Assembly (NCBI GenBank): GCA_964036045.1
Contig: OZ038378.1
Span: 1,054,001-1,118,000, forward strand
Direction of reading: 5' to 3'
DNA length: 64,000 bases
Source of the DNA: Eutreptiella sp. 'Long Island Sound 2002'
Lineage: Eukaryota > Protista > Euglenida
The position numbers were made by a program, and so were the translations under genes. Below the pieces are notes generated by a model, which did no database searches, was not told the DNA's origin, and was given only the letters and a program-made list of their open reading frames with translations. This document shows, in pieces, positions 9,321 through 21,164 of this stretch (positions are counted from its first letter, which is position 1; every line of letters begins with the position of its first letter).

Positions 9321-11344
9321 TATTGTCCTAACTCCATGTCGTGGTTGTCCTCCACGACGTCTTGCAAAGAGGTAGTCTCTGGGTCGTCGTCCGCCCGTGT
9401 GGCTAGACGTAGCCTCTCTTGGCGTCCAACTCTTTCCGCTGCTGGTCGGAGTTTGTGCGACACGCACCGCCTCCAAATTCGTGGGTTTGCTCTGGTGTCG
9501 GTGGACTCCAGCTTGTGCGCCTGCCATTCCGTTGGCACCCCTGTTACGGTAATGTCGAACACCGGCTTGGTTATGGACGTGTTGACGAGGTGTTGGCAGG
9601 AAAGAACTTGGACCCTGCCTGAGGGAAAGACACGTGCGGCCTCCTCTTGAGCCCACGTGGTACCGTAGCCGAAACCGGCCGGGTATCCATACACCCGTAT
9701 GCGTGTTCGTTTGGTGGGGGCCTCTGCTCCAAGCAGGTTTGCAATACCCGTCCTTTGCTGCTCGCTTGGTTCTTCTGTTCCCCATATTCGGACACCCCAT
9801 CTGCCGACAGTGTCTCCTGTCAGCACACCGGCAAACCAGTATTGGGAGTGAAGGATCTACCATATGTTGCTGGAGCTCTTCATGTTGGGGGCTTTCAACC
9901 AGAGAATGCGTGCTTCCAGTCCAGGTCCAGGAGATCCTTTCGACATCCACGGCCTTGCCTCGATGCCTTGCAGCTTGCCCGACCCAATGAGCACCCTTTT
10001 GGCAGCCTCCAGTGGGAGCTCCATCGTGACTGAGTAATGTTCTGCTCGGCGAAAAATCGCCATTGGCGGTGCCTGTGTCATTTCCTGCATGCACGTTTTC
10101 AGGTACTCCATCGTTTGCTGCCTCACCCAGCGTTGTGCAGAGCCTTTGGTTCTGTTCGGAGGCAGTTCGGAATCCGAGCACATAAGAGGGTCTATCTGCA
10201 GGGATATCTTGTGGAAGCCACTTTCCCTCTCCGAGGGCGTCACTGGGGCATGCTCCGCCGTGTCTGATTCCAGATGGTCCGATTCGTCGTCTTGTTCCAT
10301 TGTGGTCCTTTCCCACTGCATCCATAGTTGCTGATCTGCTATGGGCCTGGGCGGACCCTCGGAGTGGACCCACTCGGCCCGCGTGATTCGGGTTGCCAGG
10401 GTTAGCAAGCAGCCCTGAACATCCAGATCGGCGCGCGTGAGTCTCATGCGGCGTAGTGCGTCCGCGACAGTTGCCTTTTTGACTCCGGCTGTATTTGGCA
10501 CGTTGACGATGGCAGCCATGTGTTCTACCTGAGGATGGGACGTGAAGGCCATGTCTGCGAGTTCCGCACATGAGTCTACCGTGCCCCCTAGCATGAGCAC
10601 CCTTTGGAAGGTGCCTGGTCTCTCTGAGACTTTCCATTCGGCTGGTGGTTTGTTGGGATTCAGCACCGGAAGGCCAAGTTGTTTGTTCTCGGCTTCTTTC
10701 CAGAGTTGCAATGGTAGTAGGGCAGAGGCTTGCCAGGTTCCTGCTTCCTCCGCAGCTACTCCATGTGTTGGTTGCACTGGCATACCCACATCTTTTGGCT
10801 TGCCAAGTACTTTGATAGCAGATCGTGTTTTGACTACCGTATAAGCACTGGACTGGCTGCTTTCCTGTGACTTTTGCACTGAGGAGGATTTCCCCTTGGC
10901 CGCTGCGTCCGCATACGTGCGTGGCCGTTGAGCCAGCTGTGTTGGCTCCGCTGCATCGTCGTTGTCTGAAGTCTTCTTGGGATGTCGAATGGAGGCCCGA
11001 AGCTCCTTGATCGTGGCGGTGAGCTCTTTGATCATGTCTTTGAGCTCTCGAATTTCCTTGTCTTTGGGATCTTCTCGCACCATTTTGCTCCCTGCACCAG
11101 TGGTTGACTGGCGGGCTGGGGACTGTGATCTGGCCTTGGATCCTGCTGCCCCCTGGGATTGGGTGGGGTTTTGTGATCGGCTTGCACCTTTGCTGGTGCT
11201 CTTTGCAGATGTGGGTGTGTTTCGCTCTCCAGCCGCTGCATTCGGCTGTTGTTGTGAGGTCGCTCCGATGGCCGCCTGGACCTCCTGGCGGATGATGTCG
11301 CGCAACCCTCGTAGCGCTTTGTCGTCCAGCGTGATGGGCGACAT
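9320..11344 (-). pseudogene. LINE ORF1 (~674 aa; coiled coil, TYADAAAK motif, possible RRM-like C-terminus) with one in-frame TAG
   Basis: ORFs 9857..11344 and 9320..9826 are in the same frame, separated by TGG-TAG-ATC at 9857-59. Coiled coil KDKEIRELKDMIKELTATIKELRASI. Ends in TAA at 9322-9320. Confidence 0.8.
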
Positions 11345-11509
11345 ATTGTATGGCCCCGCTCAAGGGCAGTATCAGCGAGGCCAGAAGCCTGTGTGAGCGC
11401 GAAGCGAGGGCACTGGGCCCTGTGTAGGTCAAGAGTTGTTGCTTTCGGTAAGATTCTGGGTCTCAGAGTCTCAGTGGCAGTGTCACCACATGCAGGGGCA
11501 ACAAAAACA

Positions 11510-11530
11510 CCTTTATAAGCACCATCATGG
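11510..11530 (+). repeat. Right target-site duplication (21 bp) of the LINE
   Basis: CCTTTATAAGCACCATCATGG, identical to 2154-2174. The Harbinger sequence resumes (CCCCCAACTTCGAAATCAAAG) as in copy 1. Confidence 0.95.
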
Positions 11531-13109
11531 CCCCCAACTTCGAAATCAAAGAAATCACCTCGGGTACGAGAAGGTTCATACCCATCCCAAATAAAAAGAT
11601 TTGCTGATGTCCCGGGGGCCAAAGGGCAAATCCATATAATGTTGCCCAACATATCAACGGCAACAGTCCACCGGTGGGGCACGGGTCACAAAAGATGCCC
11701 GGCGCGCGCCCAACGCGCTAATGTTCCCCCATGGGTCTCTACTACGGGCAGACGCCCAAATAGCTGCACCGCGCTAAGTGCGCCCCCTTAGTGCACCCCC
11801 TAAAAGGTCACCGGTGGGACACGGGTCAAAAAAGATGCCCCGTGCGCTAACGCCCCCCCTACGATCGAACTGAACCACACAGCCGACATGACCACCATTT
11901 TGTCCCTGGATGTTCCCCCCCCCCCCTTGCGCAAGCACCCTGAAAGTCATCAAAACGACGGTAACACGGGCTCCCGTGCTTAGACAAGCCCGTGCTTGCG
12001 CGCGGCGCATGGTACCAAAAGAACGTATGTCACCGGAAACCTGCCCATACCTCACCCTAAGCACAATTGTCGCAACAGGGCACTACAACACAATGTGCAG
12101 GCAAATTTCAGCGAGTTCTGGAGGTCCTCACTGCCCATCAGGGCCATCAAGAGCTGTGGAATAGAAGCCCTTTCCCACCTTGGGCCTCATCTTGAACAAT
12201 TGCACATGCTTGCCCTTTGGGGCAGCCTTTGGGGCAAGCTTGGCTTCAGGTTTTGGAATGGGTTTAGGCTTCCTATTCCTTGGGATAAAACTGTCATCAA
12301 CAATATCTTTGGTGAAATAAAGCTTGCCCTCAAACACATGGCCAAGGCCCAAATCCCAGGGCCCGCTTTGGCCCACACAATCTGCACTTCATCATCCTCC
12401 CCAGAATGATCAAGCCCCCCTTTCCCTCTACAACCGAAGCACAATCGCGTAATGTTACATTTCTGACCACAAAAAACCGTGGTCAGAAAATTCCATCAAA
12501 ACGACGGTAACACAGGCTCATGTGCTTAGACAAGGCAGTGCTTGCGCAAGGGGGGCGGGGTAGGTGCCAGAAACTGTGCAATAGGTTGGCATGCACGCCA
12601 AGGGCTGTTGCATGCCAAAGAGCCATGGCTGTACAAGCATGTACAAGCAGTTTAGGTTCTGTCCCTCCAACACATAGCAGGCACAGCACTCATTGTGAGA
12701 AAGATCATGCAATCGTCCGGGATCAGGCTCCATGCTGTATCCTCTAAGGTCTGGCTGGGGTGGTTGCGTGGGCCTTCACAGACAAACAACGGAGGATCAC
12801 AGTCGGGTTCCTAAACTTTCGTTTGCATCCATAAACTAAGGTTCACTGCACTGCAGGAACAGCCTGAAAATGCGAAAAACGAAATGTTTTGTGTGATACA
12901 TGGAGAAATGTATTGCCTTGGATGCAACCGACAAATTTGCACGGCCAGGGCAGGTGCAAGTAGAGAAGCAGGAGGTGTTGTCGCACGGCGCTTCCTTTTT
13001 GATGGTTCCAGAGATTCTACCCGGTGAATGGGCCCTCTCAAAACCACTATGGCAGCTGTTCTCAAAGGCTTGTGCATGGTTCTTACAGCCTCCTGAAGGG
13101 GAGGGGCTG

Positions 13110-13500
13110 CCCTCTCCGTTTCGGCAGCAGAGCGCACCACAGCTGCCTCACAATTTCTCCCCAGCCCGCCCGAGCGAATTCGAGGATGCTTCGGAAGGAC
13201 TCCACATGCCATCCAAATTGTAATGATATGTGAAAATAGTTGTCTATCAATCTTGAGGGTGGTATCAAGGAGAAACACGGAAAGACAAAAAACTGCATGA
13301 ACTTCAGTGTGAAGTCGAGTTGACTTTCTTTTTCTTTTCTTTTTCTTTGATTCTTTTTTTGCACAGGCTCACCAGTTCCACTGAGCACAGTATGAAGTCG
13401 AATTGATTTTCTCAAATTTGTGTCTTCTAACCGGACGTCCGGTCACGAAGATTGCTTTGAGCAAAACAGAAAAGGATATGAAAAGATGGCACAAACTCTG
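13110..13500. repeat. Dispersed repeat, copy A (copy B ~16270-16620; short piece ~22262)
   Basis: Shared CTCTCCGTTTCGGCAGCAGAGC...CGAATTCGAGGATGC...CATGCCATCCAAATTG...CATGAACTTCAGTGTGAA. Confidence 0.8.
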
Positions 13501-13811
13501 TTCGGGGGTGGTGGTGGCGGGTCTGCAGGACTTGCACCCGCACTGGTATGGGCTGGAGCTTGGCTCAGGCCCACCCACCCCACAGTTGACCACCACGTGT
13601 TGCGGGGGGTTGGGACTAGGCACACAAACTTTTCCATGCCAGCTGAGGAAGGTTTTGAAAAGCTGCATGGGTCCCGGTAGCAGGGGGCTCAGAGCTCGGG
13701 TCTCCCACTTAAGGCACGTACTCCGGAGGTCTTAACTCCATCTGTGGTGACCTTCTCATGAGATACACGACAATCTGAGTTGTCCCCTGTCATCCCTGCT
13801 GCTGTACAGAA

Positions 13812-14243
13812 AACTGACCGGCTCGGTGAGGGAGAGCCGCCGCATGGCGAGTCCGGCGACTCCGAAGGGTCAGGGTGCACCTCCAGATGCTACCACCAAC
13901 TGGATCCGATCCACTAACCCCTCACCTGTACCAAGTACGCTCTGACCACTGAACTGAACTGGCTCTGTGAGGGAGTGTCGGCGCATGGCGAGTCGGACGA
14001 CTCCCAAGGGTCGAGTGCACCTCGAGGGAGTGACACCGCATGGCGAGCCGGACGACTCCCAAGGGTTGTGTACATCTCCGATTGTGGTTGGAACTGACCG
14101 GCTTGGCAAGGGAGAGCCGCCGCATGGCGAGTCCGGCAACTCCCAAGGGTCGAGGTACACCTCCAGATTCTGCTGCCAGCTGGGATCGATCCACCGACCC
14201 CTCGCGTGTACAACTAACGCTTTGACCACTGAAGTGAACCGGC
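13812..14243 (-). mobile_element. Tandem tRNA-derived SINE-like units (two ~150-bp copies 280 bp apart, with partial bodies between)
   Basis: Minus strand 14243-14174 GCCGGTTCACTTCAGTGGTCAAAGCG...GGATCGATCCCAGCTGGCA has A-box, B-box and acceptor-stem features. Second head at 13963-13894. Both are followed by the same ~80-bp body. Confidence 0.6.
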
Positions 14244-15537
14244 TGGAGAAACAGGGGTCGTCTTCTCCTGTGACATTACAAGGTGGGGTTCTGTGGCCCT
14301 GTCCTCACACCCTGCCCTCACCTGCTCTTGCAGCGGCCTGTGGGGCTGTCGGGTGAGCCACACCCTCGTAACACACTCGAAAAGAGATGTTAGGGAGTAC
14401 AGGCGGAAGCGGCCCCGGCCATGAGCACACCCAATCGCTGGGCATCTGGGGGGTCTCTTCATGGAGGGGAAATCCTTGCACTGCGCGTGCACGTCGGGCA
14501 CACTGTGTGCTACTTTTAGACTAGGTGCTCCCTAAGAAACCCCAGGCACACCCCTTCCAAATGCCTCTAGATTCTGTTGCCTTCGGTTGTGCACCTTGAA
14601 GACAGGCTGACAGTCAGCCAATCAGTCAGTTAGTCAGGCCAGCAGTCAGTCACACAGTCAGTCGGGCAAGCAGGCACGCAGACAGAACCACACAGTTTGG
14701 GTTTTTTTCAGTGGCAGACTCGGCTTCATGCAGTGGGGAGAACAGTTGCTGTCAGAACAAGCAACGGTCGAATGGTAAAGCAGCCAACCGCAGGCGTGCA
14801 GGTCGGCGGTTCGGACCCCGGTCGGCTGACCGCAATAGCGCCCGCCAGCCTATCAGCTCTGCTCAATTGGACCCTTGTTCAAACCCTTCTGACCACAAAC
14901 TGAACAAGGGTCAAACTGGTCATAGCTGGCAGGTCGGCCGGCGCCAACGGCATTCGATGCCCCGAAAAGAACCGCTGACCGACAAGTCCACAGTCGGCTG
15001 CATAACCATTCGACCACTCCTTGTTCTGGTAGTAGTTGTTCTCCCCACTGCTTGAACCCTTCTGAGCACAAACTTTTGACCCCCCCCCTAACCCCCCCCA
15101 AAAGGTGTCATCCAGTTCCAGGGGATAGAGGCCTCAGAATCAAAAAATCCATCAGGGAATTGTCTTATTGGGCAAAATAATCATTTTACAAGTGGTTGGA
15201 CATCAAATATCATGCCTTGGGGTATGCTGCGCGAATGACCCCCCAAAAGGGGGGGTATACGACACCCGCGCGTGTGCTTGATCTAACAACCTCTCTTCAA
15301 GGTGATTTAGGTCACCCAAAGTACCCTAGCTAAAGACAAATGCAAGCTACCTTCCCCTCACATAAGACATCATGCAAAATGCGGAAAGCGCTACACACAT
15401 CCTCTTTTCTGTTCAATTGTCAACTAAGCACAAAATCAGAATGCTCCGGAGTGGCGGCATTGGGAAGCTCATTCTACCAGCTAGTGCCAAAGCCTGGTGT
15501 TCAGTGTTCTGTTTCTTCCCTTTGGCCACCCTGATTG

Positions 15538-16097
15538 CCTGATCTCTCCCATGGGATGGCGAGGAACCTCCCATGATCACCAGACAGCGCTATACCCCGA
15601 CGGGAAGGTCGGGGACACACACAAACGTCAGCGAGTCTCGCGGGCTGAAGAGACCCAATGAGTGTGTCAATGCCCGGTAGTGGGCAGTGTACAGGCCAAA
15701 GCCCATCCCTGCCCGCCCTCACATACAAAAAGCTTCCAGGAGAACACAACATTCCCTCACGCACACACTGTACTCATGGGGGAGAAGCCACAGCGCATCT
15801 GCCTGTAACAAGCAGAACAACCGAACGAGTGAGTGACACCAAAGCGGTGGGGAAGGAAAGCATTTTATGGAGCATAGACCTTGGGCTTGGCCAGTGCTCC
15901 GCTGATGTGGGCGGATGCGGATGGCTCCGCATGGGCCAAATACGTCCACATGAGCACTATGAGTCCTCCAGAAGTGCCGTGATGATGGGTTGGCATGTAT
16001 CCCATCACAATGCATTCCTGGTCAGGGCACGTCAATGCTGAGTCAACATCATCAATGCGGCAAAAAAACAATGGCAGAATGAGCAAAATCTCAGACA
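15538..16097. repeat. Dispersed ~560-bp repeat, copy 1 (copy 2 at ~21506-22257)
   Basis: Near-identical CTGATCTCTCCCATGGGATGG...GCATTTTATGGAGCATAGACCTTGGGCTT...GGCAGAATGAGCAAA blocks at both loci. Confidence 0.9.
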
Positions 16098-17376
16098 CTG
16101 TTTGGCTGGTTCCCTGGACCTCGCTCCCTCAAGACACAGGCACAGTATAAGTCGAACAACCATCTGACGGGCGGGAGCGCGCGGCCCTAACCCTAACGCT
16201 AACCTAAAATATACTGAACACTGTGGAAAAGAGATGCAGTGACGCCAAACTGGGGTTTCTGGGTAAACCTGGGTCCTCTCCGTTTCGGCAGCAGAGCACA
16301 CCACAGCGGACTCACAATTTCTCCCCGGCCCGCTTCGCGAATTCGAGGATGCGTCGGAAGGACTCCGCATGCCATCCAAATTGCAATGATATGCGATAAT
16401 AGTTGTGTATCAATCTTGAGGGTGATATCACAGAGAAACAAGGAACCGCAAAAAATACATGAACTTCAGTGTGAAATCGATTTTCACAAATCCGTGTATT
16501 CTTAACAAATGTCCCGTTAGGAAGATAGGTTCCAGGAAAAAAGAAAAAGATATGAAAGGATGGCAGAAACTTTGTTTGGGCCGCAAGCAGGTCAACAAAG
16601 CGCTCCATACATGCACGTCCTGGTATGCATATGCAGCAATGTTCGGCAGTTCCACTGATATGATGGGTCCACGAGCACATCAGCTTATGTACAGGTTTGT
16701 TTGGGGAGGGGGGGGGTCCAGGCCATGGCAAGCTGGCGAAGCCCGCTCACCAGAAGGCACTCGAGAAATCTTTCAGAATCAAGGGTCAGAGCTGTTCAAT
16801 GCTACGGTTGTCCCACAAAGCCATGTGGTAACGGACTTGACATGCTGTGAGGATAAGCTGAATCTGACAACAGAAAATGCAGCGAGGACTGCCACGCCCG
16901 TAGGCATCCCAGAGTGCTACTGGAGCACAAGAAAGACTGCAGGCTGAGGAACACAGCGTTGTGCATTGCTCAGAGAGAGTAATACCTGAAAAGGAAATCA
17001 ACACAACCCCCCCCACAAGTCGGCCACGGTCCCAGAAGTCCAGACAAAACATCGGTTCAACGCAACCCCCGTGCTTGGACAAGCCCATGCTTATGCGCGA
17101 CGCACACAACTGCCAAAGAATCGGAAGCCTTAACCCGTGCCCCAACCTGCCGCTCCAAAAATCTGCTCCAAACCCAGCTCTGTGAGGCGGAAGGTTGGAA
17201 AGGGGTTGTATAGCGGCACCTGATGCCCCTGACAGTGAATGAGATCAGGCAGAATATGTGGGATGTCGCCCGTACATTGTACCATATGTTGTGTAAGGTC
17301 AGAGGTACACATGCTTGCAGATGTATGTGACAGCCATGCCGGGAATAGGGAAACAAATGAACCAACGACCAATAAC

Positions 17377-17378
<2 letters not shown>

Positions 17379-17421
<43 letters not shown>
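17379..17421 (+). repeat. (AC)n microsatellite
   Basis: Perfect dinucleotide run. Others at 38578-38625 (followed by (GA)n 38642-38667) and 42294-42348. Confidence 0.98.
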
Positions 17422-17422
<1 letters not shown>

Positions 17423-19419
17423 CGTGAGGAGGTCAAGCGCACAGCGGAAGCAAAGCACTGATCGTAAAAATAGCTCGGCAGGCCAACATCAAAGGAAAAT
17501 CATGGAGGCGAGGCACCCAGAACACACATAGACACATACACGAGCAATCTGCTACCTAGAGTGTCAGCTGAGCTACCAGACAATCTCGGGCTGCTCCATA
17601 TTGGACTTGGAACCAATACAGAGGAAACTTTGTATTGAAAAACAAACACATGACACCAAGGATGGTGCAGTATTGATTCAATACTGCTGGCTGGCCAGTG
17701 AAAGGTTGTACCAATTGTTTGATTAAGTGGTGTTGCAAATACGGATGCAGAAGATTGGCACAAAAGCCACGATACTCCGGCCGGGGAGCCCAGATAGAAT
17801 AGAAAAACAATGTGCTACACAGCCATGCAATGCAATCCTGGAAAGAGATGAATGGGCCCCTCTTTCCCACTACAAGCGCATCACGAACGCCCAATCCTGC
17901 ATTCAGAACCACAAAAAACAGCGGTCCAAAAAATCCTAAAAACAGCGGTTCAACGCCCACTCCGTGCTTGGGAAATGCTATGCTTGCGCAAGAAGAGGGG
18001 GGGGGGGGGGGTAAGCTGGAAAAGGTCGACGTCCGCTATGCGTTTGGTAACACTGCCATCACGACTCTGACTCTGAGGGGGGTGGGGGTGGGGGGTAGCG
18101 GGGGCATGCAGATCCTTTTGGGGTCGGAGTCTTTGGCGCACGGTGCGGTGTCAGCCCGGCGCGCACAATATATACTCACACTAAAAGTTGCTGAAACGTG
18201 GCCAGTGTGCACGTATGCAATGGTTGGGTGATGCTATTGGTGTGCATGGGTAAAACACACTTTGGGGGCATTATCTGGGGGGAAGTGGTGATCATGCATG
18301 CACAAGAGTTTCCCATTTCAATGCATTTTCTCCGCGTCCCTGCCTACCTTCCGAAAAGGTGTACATTGCACTAAAGCGTTGCATCCTCTGGCGCGCGCGG
18401 TGTGCGCGGTGCAGTGCGCGGTGCGTTTCAGCAACCTTATTTAGGATGCTCAAGTGGATGTGTTTAAGCCGTTCTCAGCCCGTTTTGACCTGTTTTGGCC
18501 CATCTCCAGGCGAAAGCCACGATGGTACGCGTTACAGGACATAGTATGACAACACACTCTCTTTCTATGAATAACAAGCAAGCAAGCAAACCTCTGCCAA
18601 GAGTCCACCACCCCACCCCCTGTACGCCTGTAAAATTGTTCTCAGTCCTTGCAACCCTCAAGGGCGGTGCTTGGGGGGTCAATGGTCGGTATCGATCCAC
18701 TGAATGTCCCCGCCATAGACAATTTCAGCCCTTAGTTCAAAGGTTAAACTGCAACTGTGAACAAGAGGGGCAGTGGGGCCAAACTGGGGTTTCCGGGGAA
18801 ACCTGGGTTTGTTGCTGTTACACCTGGTAAGCCTATGCTGACCGTGCCTCCCGGAATTAGCGTCCATCAGTGACGGACTACATTCTACCACACATCACGT
18901 CCTTCGGGCTGCAAAAGCATAGCACTCATTCGGCCTCACCCTCCGGTAGGGAAAAGGTTTGCGTTTCAAAAAAAAGAAAGGAAGATCAGAGAGTGGGCAA
19001 GGTGGATCACGTGTGGTGTGTCAGTGTGCACACATACAGAGCACGTGCAAGCAGCATCAGCCAAAAAGGCGCTGATGATCCATGCAGCTCAATTTCCACT
19101 GCCCTCCGTAGAGCACGATAGTGTGCTTGCGGAGGCCATGGAGTCAGAAGTGTCACTGTCTATGGACTCGGTGTCACTGGGGTCTGGGGTCTGTCCATCT
19201 GTGTCATGCATGAGCAGCAGATGGAGAGCCGAGAGAGTGGACTGCGCCTGTCCAGAGAAAACAGAAGGGGGTGCCGCCGGAGGCGAGAAATGAAGCCGCG
19301 TGGGCAGTAAGGGGGGGGTGTCCGAAACAGAAAGTTTGGGCCGCTTAGGTGCTTTGGGTGTAGTACAAAGAGTTGAAATGGACTGTGGTGTGCAGGGGTG
19401 TGGGAAGCGAGGATGCATG

Positions 19420-19840
19420 TGCCTACCCTGCTCCGCCAAACGATCAGCTTCATTGTTGCCTTCAATGGTGACGTGCGACGGGACTGTAATCCAGTGTACG
19501 GTGCGCTGCATGCATTCTAGTTCGTCCAGGAGTTGTTCCCAAAGGGGAACGTTGGAAACCGGTCCCGAGGATCCAACCCAGCCACGGAGTTTCCAGCGCC
19601 GTGCGGCGCCTGCCGCACCCAGGATAACGTACTGCGAATCAGTGCATATTCCAATGTCTCCCGCCGCAAAAAATGCGAAGCGCCCTGATCACCAACAAGA
19701 GTTCTGCCGTGTTGTTGGTTTGGTGGTACTCAGTAGGGACATGCACCGCAATGGCAGCGTGCCCTTCACAATAGATGCCGTAACCTGCTAGCCAACCTAA
19801 CATTCCTCAATGGATGACGAGCCATCAGTGTGGACAAGGG
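19420..19840 (-). pseudogene. Retroelement-type RNase H relic with frameshifts
   Basis: VHTDGS / VGWLAGYG / QTNNTAELL / ICTDSQYV / WKLRGW / NVPLW / VPSHVTIEGNNEADRLA: the full RNase H motif order, broken by two frameshifts and followed by a Pro/Ser/acidic tail to 19089. Confidence 0.85.
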
Positions 19841-20867
19841 AGATGCCCCCCCACCTGCACGCACCGGTATGTGTATCGGACAGACAGACAGGGTCAAAAA
19901 TGAATTAGCAACAGACGACAACACTGACCACCAAACAACGGAAGGAAACAACCGACTGTGTATACATGTACGACACCACACCACTCCGCAAAAAACCCCC
20001 CAATATGGCATCCATCGACAAGGCTTTCGGGCCGCTGACACCCGTCGCAGACACCGCCGAAGACAAGGAGGAGGACGACAATGCGGACGACCGAAACAAA
20101 AACAGCAGGAATGACGAGGAGGAAGAGGAGCAGCACTGGTGGGATCTGCAGGCCACCTCAATGCAGAGCATGTTGCCAAAGAACCAAGTGGAGGAGCAAC
20201 ACGACAGGAAACACAAGCAGCAGGAGGGGACCGACGAGGACGGAGAGGACTACTGGGGAACACCACTGGTCGGCTGGTTCTTGCACGCCTTCAGGGTGAA
20301 TGGCGGGGACAGGGGGAGGAGGTGGCAACCAGCCATCCCCCGGACCCAGAACCACCAGAACCACCCCAAATACAGAGGCGCTTCCTCCTGACCGAACAGA
20401 TGGCGCAGCTCCTCCTGCAGGTCGTGCAGGCCCATCTGCAACACCCAAGCCAAAGGTGGCAGGAGTTTCTGTGGAAACATGTGATCCCTGCACTAGTGCA
20501 GTGCATGCCCGCAGGGACACCCGAGACCACATGACGGTTCGTGCAACTGCTACAAAACCTTGTGGAGCAACACTTCTCATCACGGTGCATCGTCGACCCT
20601 CTCCCCTGTACAGCGGCAAAGATGACAAAATCTTGTTCTGCGAACACAGCCCCCAAATGATTGTTCTGGGGCTGTGCAGGCCAGGAATGCAGCTTTGCAT
20701 AACATGCCCAACGGAGGCAGAGATCCGCTTGTTGGATTCAGTGCAATTTTGCAAATGAGTGAGCCCTGAAAACCTCATCCTTTAAGGGGGGGGGGGGGCG
20801 TGTATGTTGGTCGAAAGCATGTGCACCAGGGGTGACTCAGGACAAAGACCTGGCGGATCCGAGCTGA

Positions 20868-20985
20868 GTCCTTGATTTAAGGAGTCCGTGATTTAAAAAC
20901 AAGTCCTTGATTGAAAAAGGCAGTCCTTGATTGAAAAAGGCCTTGATATAAAACGTCCTTGATTTAAAAAGTCCTTGATTTAAGG
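20868..20985 (+). repeat. ~17-bp minisatellite (GTCCTTGATTTAAAAA)
   Basis: About 7 imperfect copies. Confidence 0.8.
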
Positions 20986-21164
20986 GAGAACAAATATGAC
21001 CATGGGGGTGTTTCTGCACAGCGCGGGCAGTGCAGTGCAGGCGAGAGAGAGAGGGGGGGGGGGGACAAGTGCTCAATCAATAACCAATGCAGAAACGCAA
21101 AGGTGAAGGGATCTAATTCAGTGGACTTTGATATTTTGTTTAAGTTTCGTATTGACTAGTATTG

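Larger units (their letters stand above)
2175..11509 (-). mobile_element. APE-type non-LTR retrotransposon (LINE), ~9.3 kb, mildly decayed
   Basis: ORF1, APE and RT motifs all on the minus strand, bounded by a 21-bp TSD. Three in-frame TAGs and one frameshift. No RNase H motif or poly(A) tail recognised. Confidence 0.92.
1683..11730 (-). mobile_element. PIF/Harbinger-like element, copy 2, interrupted by the LINE
   Basis: Imperfect TIRs GGGGGAAT...GGCGCGCGCC (1683) and GGCGCGCGCC...TTCCCCC (11730), flanked by a 3-bp ATG duplication (1680-82, 11731-33). Transposase relic is split: TVAVDMLGNIIWICPLAPGTSA...HDGAYKG at 11510-11680 and its continuation at 1864-2174. Confidence 0.7.

Noticed and set aside
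11345-11470. HDV-like ribozyme (as in the L1Tc/ingi 77-nt signature) in the LINE 5' UTR
   Set aside because: Two CCTCGC motifs are present, but I could not build P1/P2/P3 pairings by eye; a covariance-model search is needed.
14174-14243. Functional tRNA gene
   Set aside because: The anticodon arm and T loop are degenerate and the sequence is embedded in a repeated body; treated as SINE-like.
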